Below are positions 61,723-64,000 of a DNA stretch of 64,000 nucleotides, piece after piece; positions within the stretch are counted from its first letter, which is position 1; each line of letters starts with the position of its first letter. The translations under genes were made by a program, and so were the position numbers. Under the pieces are notes generated by a model. The model worked only from the letters and a program-made list of their open reading frames with translations. It was not told the DNA's origin and ran no database searches. This DNA comes from Xanthobacteraceae bacterium (GTDB lineage: Bacteria; Pseudomonadota; Alphaproteobacteria; Rhizobiales; Xanthobacteraceae), in contig DATBJU010000091.1 of assembly GCA_036556265.1 (NCBI GenBank), positions 4,230 through 68,229 of the forward strand, given 5' to 3'.

Positions 61723-62651
61723 CCAAGCATCGCGAGCACGCCGGCCGGCGCACGGCTCTTCAGCTCACGGCCCGCGTCGGCACCAAGTCGCGCAGCGTCT
61801 GCAGGCAAGCCCTCGCGTCTCGTCTCTGCCGCCTCGCGCCCGTCTGGCGAGATCACCAGCCCGTGGAACCGTACACGCCCACCGAGGACTCGCGCATGTC
61901 CGGCGATCGGCGTACGGCACGATCCGTCGAGCTCCTCAAGAAAGGCGCGCTCCGCCGCTAGTGCGATCGAGGTCGCTGCGTCGTTGATTGCCGCGACGAG
62001 CGTTTCCGTCCCGCGATCGCCAACGCGAATTTCGATCGCGATGGCCCCCTGTCCGACGGACGGCGGAAACACCTCCAAATCGAGCACTTCCTTTGCCTTC
62101 CCCGAGAGACCGAGCCGCTCCAGTCCCGCGAGCGCAAGTACTGCAGCGTCGAACATGCCGCTCGCGACCTTCTCAATTCGTGTATTCACGTTGCCGCGTA
62201 GCAGCTTCACCAGGACGCGCGGCTTGAGTCGCCGCACGAGTGCCTCGCGTCGAACCGACGCGCTGCCCACGGTCGCACCAGCAGGGAGATCTCCAAGTCG
62301 CTCGAATTTCCCGCTTACGAATGCGTCACGCGGATCGGCGCGCTCGGGAAAAGCGGCAAGCACCAGCCCCTTGGGCAAGAGCGTGGGAACGTCCTTTGCC
62401 GAATGCACGGCGAGATCGATTTTGTCCGCAAGCAGCGCCTCCTCGATCTCCTTCGTGAATAGACCCTTGCCGCCAGCCTCGGCGAGCGGCCGGTCGCGAA
62501 CGGCATCGCCTGATGTGCGCATCGTAACGATTTCGATCGCCGCCGGATCAATCTGACTGGTCCCCGCAAGCCGCGCGCGCACGATGTGCGCCTGCGCCAA
62601 GGCAAGCGGACTGCCGCGGGTACCAATGCGAAGCCTGGCTCGTTCAGTCAT
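61719..62651 (-). CDS. hemC: Hydroxymethylbilane synthase (porphobilinogen deaminase)
   Basis: 310 aa with LRIGTRGSPLALAQA, RGNVNTR and the cofactor Cys context LDGSCRTPIA. Confidence 0.95.
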   Translation of the reverse strand: MTERARLRIGTRGSPLALAQAHIVRARLAGTSQIDPAAIEIVTMRTSGDAVRDRPLAEAGGKGLFTKEIEEALLADKIDLAVHSAKDVPTLLPKGLVLAAFPERADPRDAFVSGKFERLGDLPAGATVGSASVRREALVRRLKPRVLVKLLRGNVNTRIEKVASGMFDAAVLALAGLERLGLSGKAKEVLDLEVFPPSVGQGAIAIEIRVGDRGTETLVAAINDAATSIALAAERAFLEELDGSCRTPIAGHARVLGGRVRFHGLVISPDGREAAETRREGLPADAARLGADAGRELKSRAPAGVLAMLG

Positions 62652-62737
62652 AGGCGTGCCTCAACGGATACCATACCGATGGGCGGAAATCGGAAATCCT
62701 GCTAATCCGTCACGACGACCCCATCGGGAGCAGGGAC

Positions 62738-63781
62738 ATGCTCGTTCTCGGCATTGAGACCACTTGCGATGAGACCGCTGCGGCCGTCGTGCACCGAGAC
62801 ACCCTTGGTCACGGCGAGATCCGCTCCAACGTGATCTATTCGCAGTCCGCCGAGCACCGGGACTATGGCGGCGTCGTCCCCGAAATCGCCGCGCGCGCAC
62901 ACGTCGAGCTCCTCGACGGAGTGATTCAGCGTGCGATGGATCAGGCGAAAGTCCGTTTCGCGCAGCTCGACGGCGTGGCCGCCGCCGCCGGGCCCGGCCT
63001 GATTGGCGGCGTGATCGTCGGCCTGACCACGGCGAAAGCCATCGCGCTCGTGACCCGCAAGCCTCTGATTGCGGTGAATCATTTAGAGGCCCATGCGCTT
63101 ACGGCTCGCCTCACACACCGCATCAGCTTTCCCTACCTCCTGCTTCTTGTTTCCGGCGGCCACACCCAATTGATTTCCGTCGAGGACGTCGATCGCTACC
63201 GTTTCATCGGCGGGACGATCGATGACGCAGTCGGAGAGGCGTTCGACAAGACGGCGAAAATGCTTGGCCTGCGTTATCCGGGCGGGCCCGAGGTGGAACG
63301 CTGCGCCGCCGCCGGAGATCCGGCACGCTTTGCGCTACCGCGTCCAATGCTCGGACGACCGGAGCCGAACTTCTCGCTATCGGGTCTAAAGACCGCCGTT
63401 CGTATCGAGGCCGAACGCGTTGCTCCGCTCTCCGATCAGAGTGTCGCCGATCTCTGCGCAAGCTTCCAGGCCGCGATTGTCGACATTCTCGTCGACCGCA
63501 TTCGCGTGGCCGTCGAGGCGCTGCGAAACAGCGCGTGGAAGCCGCGTGCGCTCGTCGTCGCAGGGGGTGTCGGAGCGAACCAGACGATACGCATTGCGCT
63601 TGATGGTCTGTCGGTGGAGCTCGGAATGTCGCTGATGATTCCTCCGCCAGAACTATGCACCGACAACGGCGCGATGATTGCCTGGGCCGGCGCCGAGCGG
63701 CTCGCGCGCGGCCTAATCGACGGTTTGGAGACCAGCCCCCGCGCCCGCTGGCCGCTCGGCGAGCATGCCGCAACCGCCTGA
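62738..63781 (+). CDS. tsaD: tRNA N6-adenosine threonylcarbamoyltransferase
   Basis: 347 aa with [20 protein letters not shown] and VSGGHTQL. Confidence 0.95.
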   Translation: MLVLGIETTCDETAAAVVHRDTLGHGEIRSNVIYSQSAEHRDYGGVVPEIAARAHVELLDGVIQRAMDQAKVRFAQLDGVAAAAGPGLIGGVIVGLTTAKAIALVTRKPLIAVNHLEAHALTARLTHRISFPYLLLLVSGGHTQLISVEDVDRYRFIGGTIDDAVGEAFDKTAKMLGLRYPGGPEVERCAAAGDPARFALPRPMLGRPEPNFSLSGLKTAVRIEAERVAPLSDQSVADLCASFQAAIVDILVDRIRVAVEALRNSAWKPRALVVAGGVGANQTIRIALDGLSVELGMSLMIPPPELCTDNGAMIAWAGAERLARGLIDGLETSPRARWPLGEHAATA

Positions 63782-63793
63782 ATCGACCGAAGC

Positions 63794-64000
63794 ATGACCG
63801 GCCCGCAGCGGATCAGCATCATTGGCGCCGGTGCATGGGGCACCGCACTTGCAAATGCAGCGGCCCGCGCAAGACGCTCCGTTACGCTCTACGCGCGCAA
63901 TCCGGCAATCGCCGCCGAAATCAGTGCGAAACGAACGAACGCGGCGCGACTACCCGGTGTGCAAATCGCGCCGGAGGTCGCGGCTACGTCGTCTCTCGAG
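63794..64000 (+). CDS. gpsA: NAD(P)H-dependent glycerol-3-phosphate dehydrogenase (5' part, runs off the window)
   Basis: ATG at 63794. [24 protein letters not shown] is a Rossmann N-terminus typical of GpsA, in the usual position after tsaD. No stop codon before the window end. Confidence 0.8.
   Translation, partial: MTGPQRISIIGAGAWGTALANAAARARRSVTLYARNPAIAAEISAKRTNAARLPGVQIAPEVAATSSLE

Noticed and set aside
60857-61753. 298-aa minus-strand ORF and the 61474-62556 plus-strand 360-aa ORF
   Set aside because: They overlap hemD and hemC in alternative or antisense frames. The Arg/Ala/Gly-rich translations have no motifs.

Overview
This is a GC-rich, gene-dense chromosomal segment of an alphaproteobacterium. 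Gene order and REP-like hairpins point to Hyphomicrobiales, Bradyrhizobiaceae/Nitrobacteraceae-like. Almost everything is core housekeeping: sdhCDAB, asd, leuB/leuD/leuC, the rplS-trmD-rimM-rpsP-ffh block, dapF-mtaB-ftsY-yciB, ccmABCDG divergent from acnA, a tesA/ybbA/ybbP-like module, rlmN, argG, typA, folD, livKHMGF, hemC-hemD-mic60-hemY, tsaD, gpsA (3' truncated by the window edge), tRNA-Ala(CGC) and tRNA-Thr(CGT). I found no transposases, integrases, prophage genes, CRISPR arrays or recognisable defence genes, and neither tRNA shows signs of an integrated island. I do not see a convincing novel multi-gene system. The best leads, in order:
1. An ECF sigma/anti-sigma pair upstream of a SorAB-like periplasmic sulfite dehydrogenase, with two similar ECF-type promoter motifs.
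2. A 353-nt structured, non-coding intergenic region (32564-32916).
3. A possible ybhL-type leader upstream of a BI-1 family gene.
4. Two small secreted orphan proteins flanking the split leu genes.
5. A clear alphaproteobacterial Mic60 (mitofilin) homologue inside the hem cluster.
The many long ORFs antisense to or overlapping real genes are high-GC artefacts. Start codons are inferred by eye. The ORF track prints M for GTG/TTG starts, so several starts were re-assigned.
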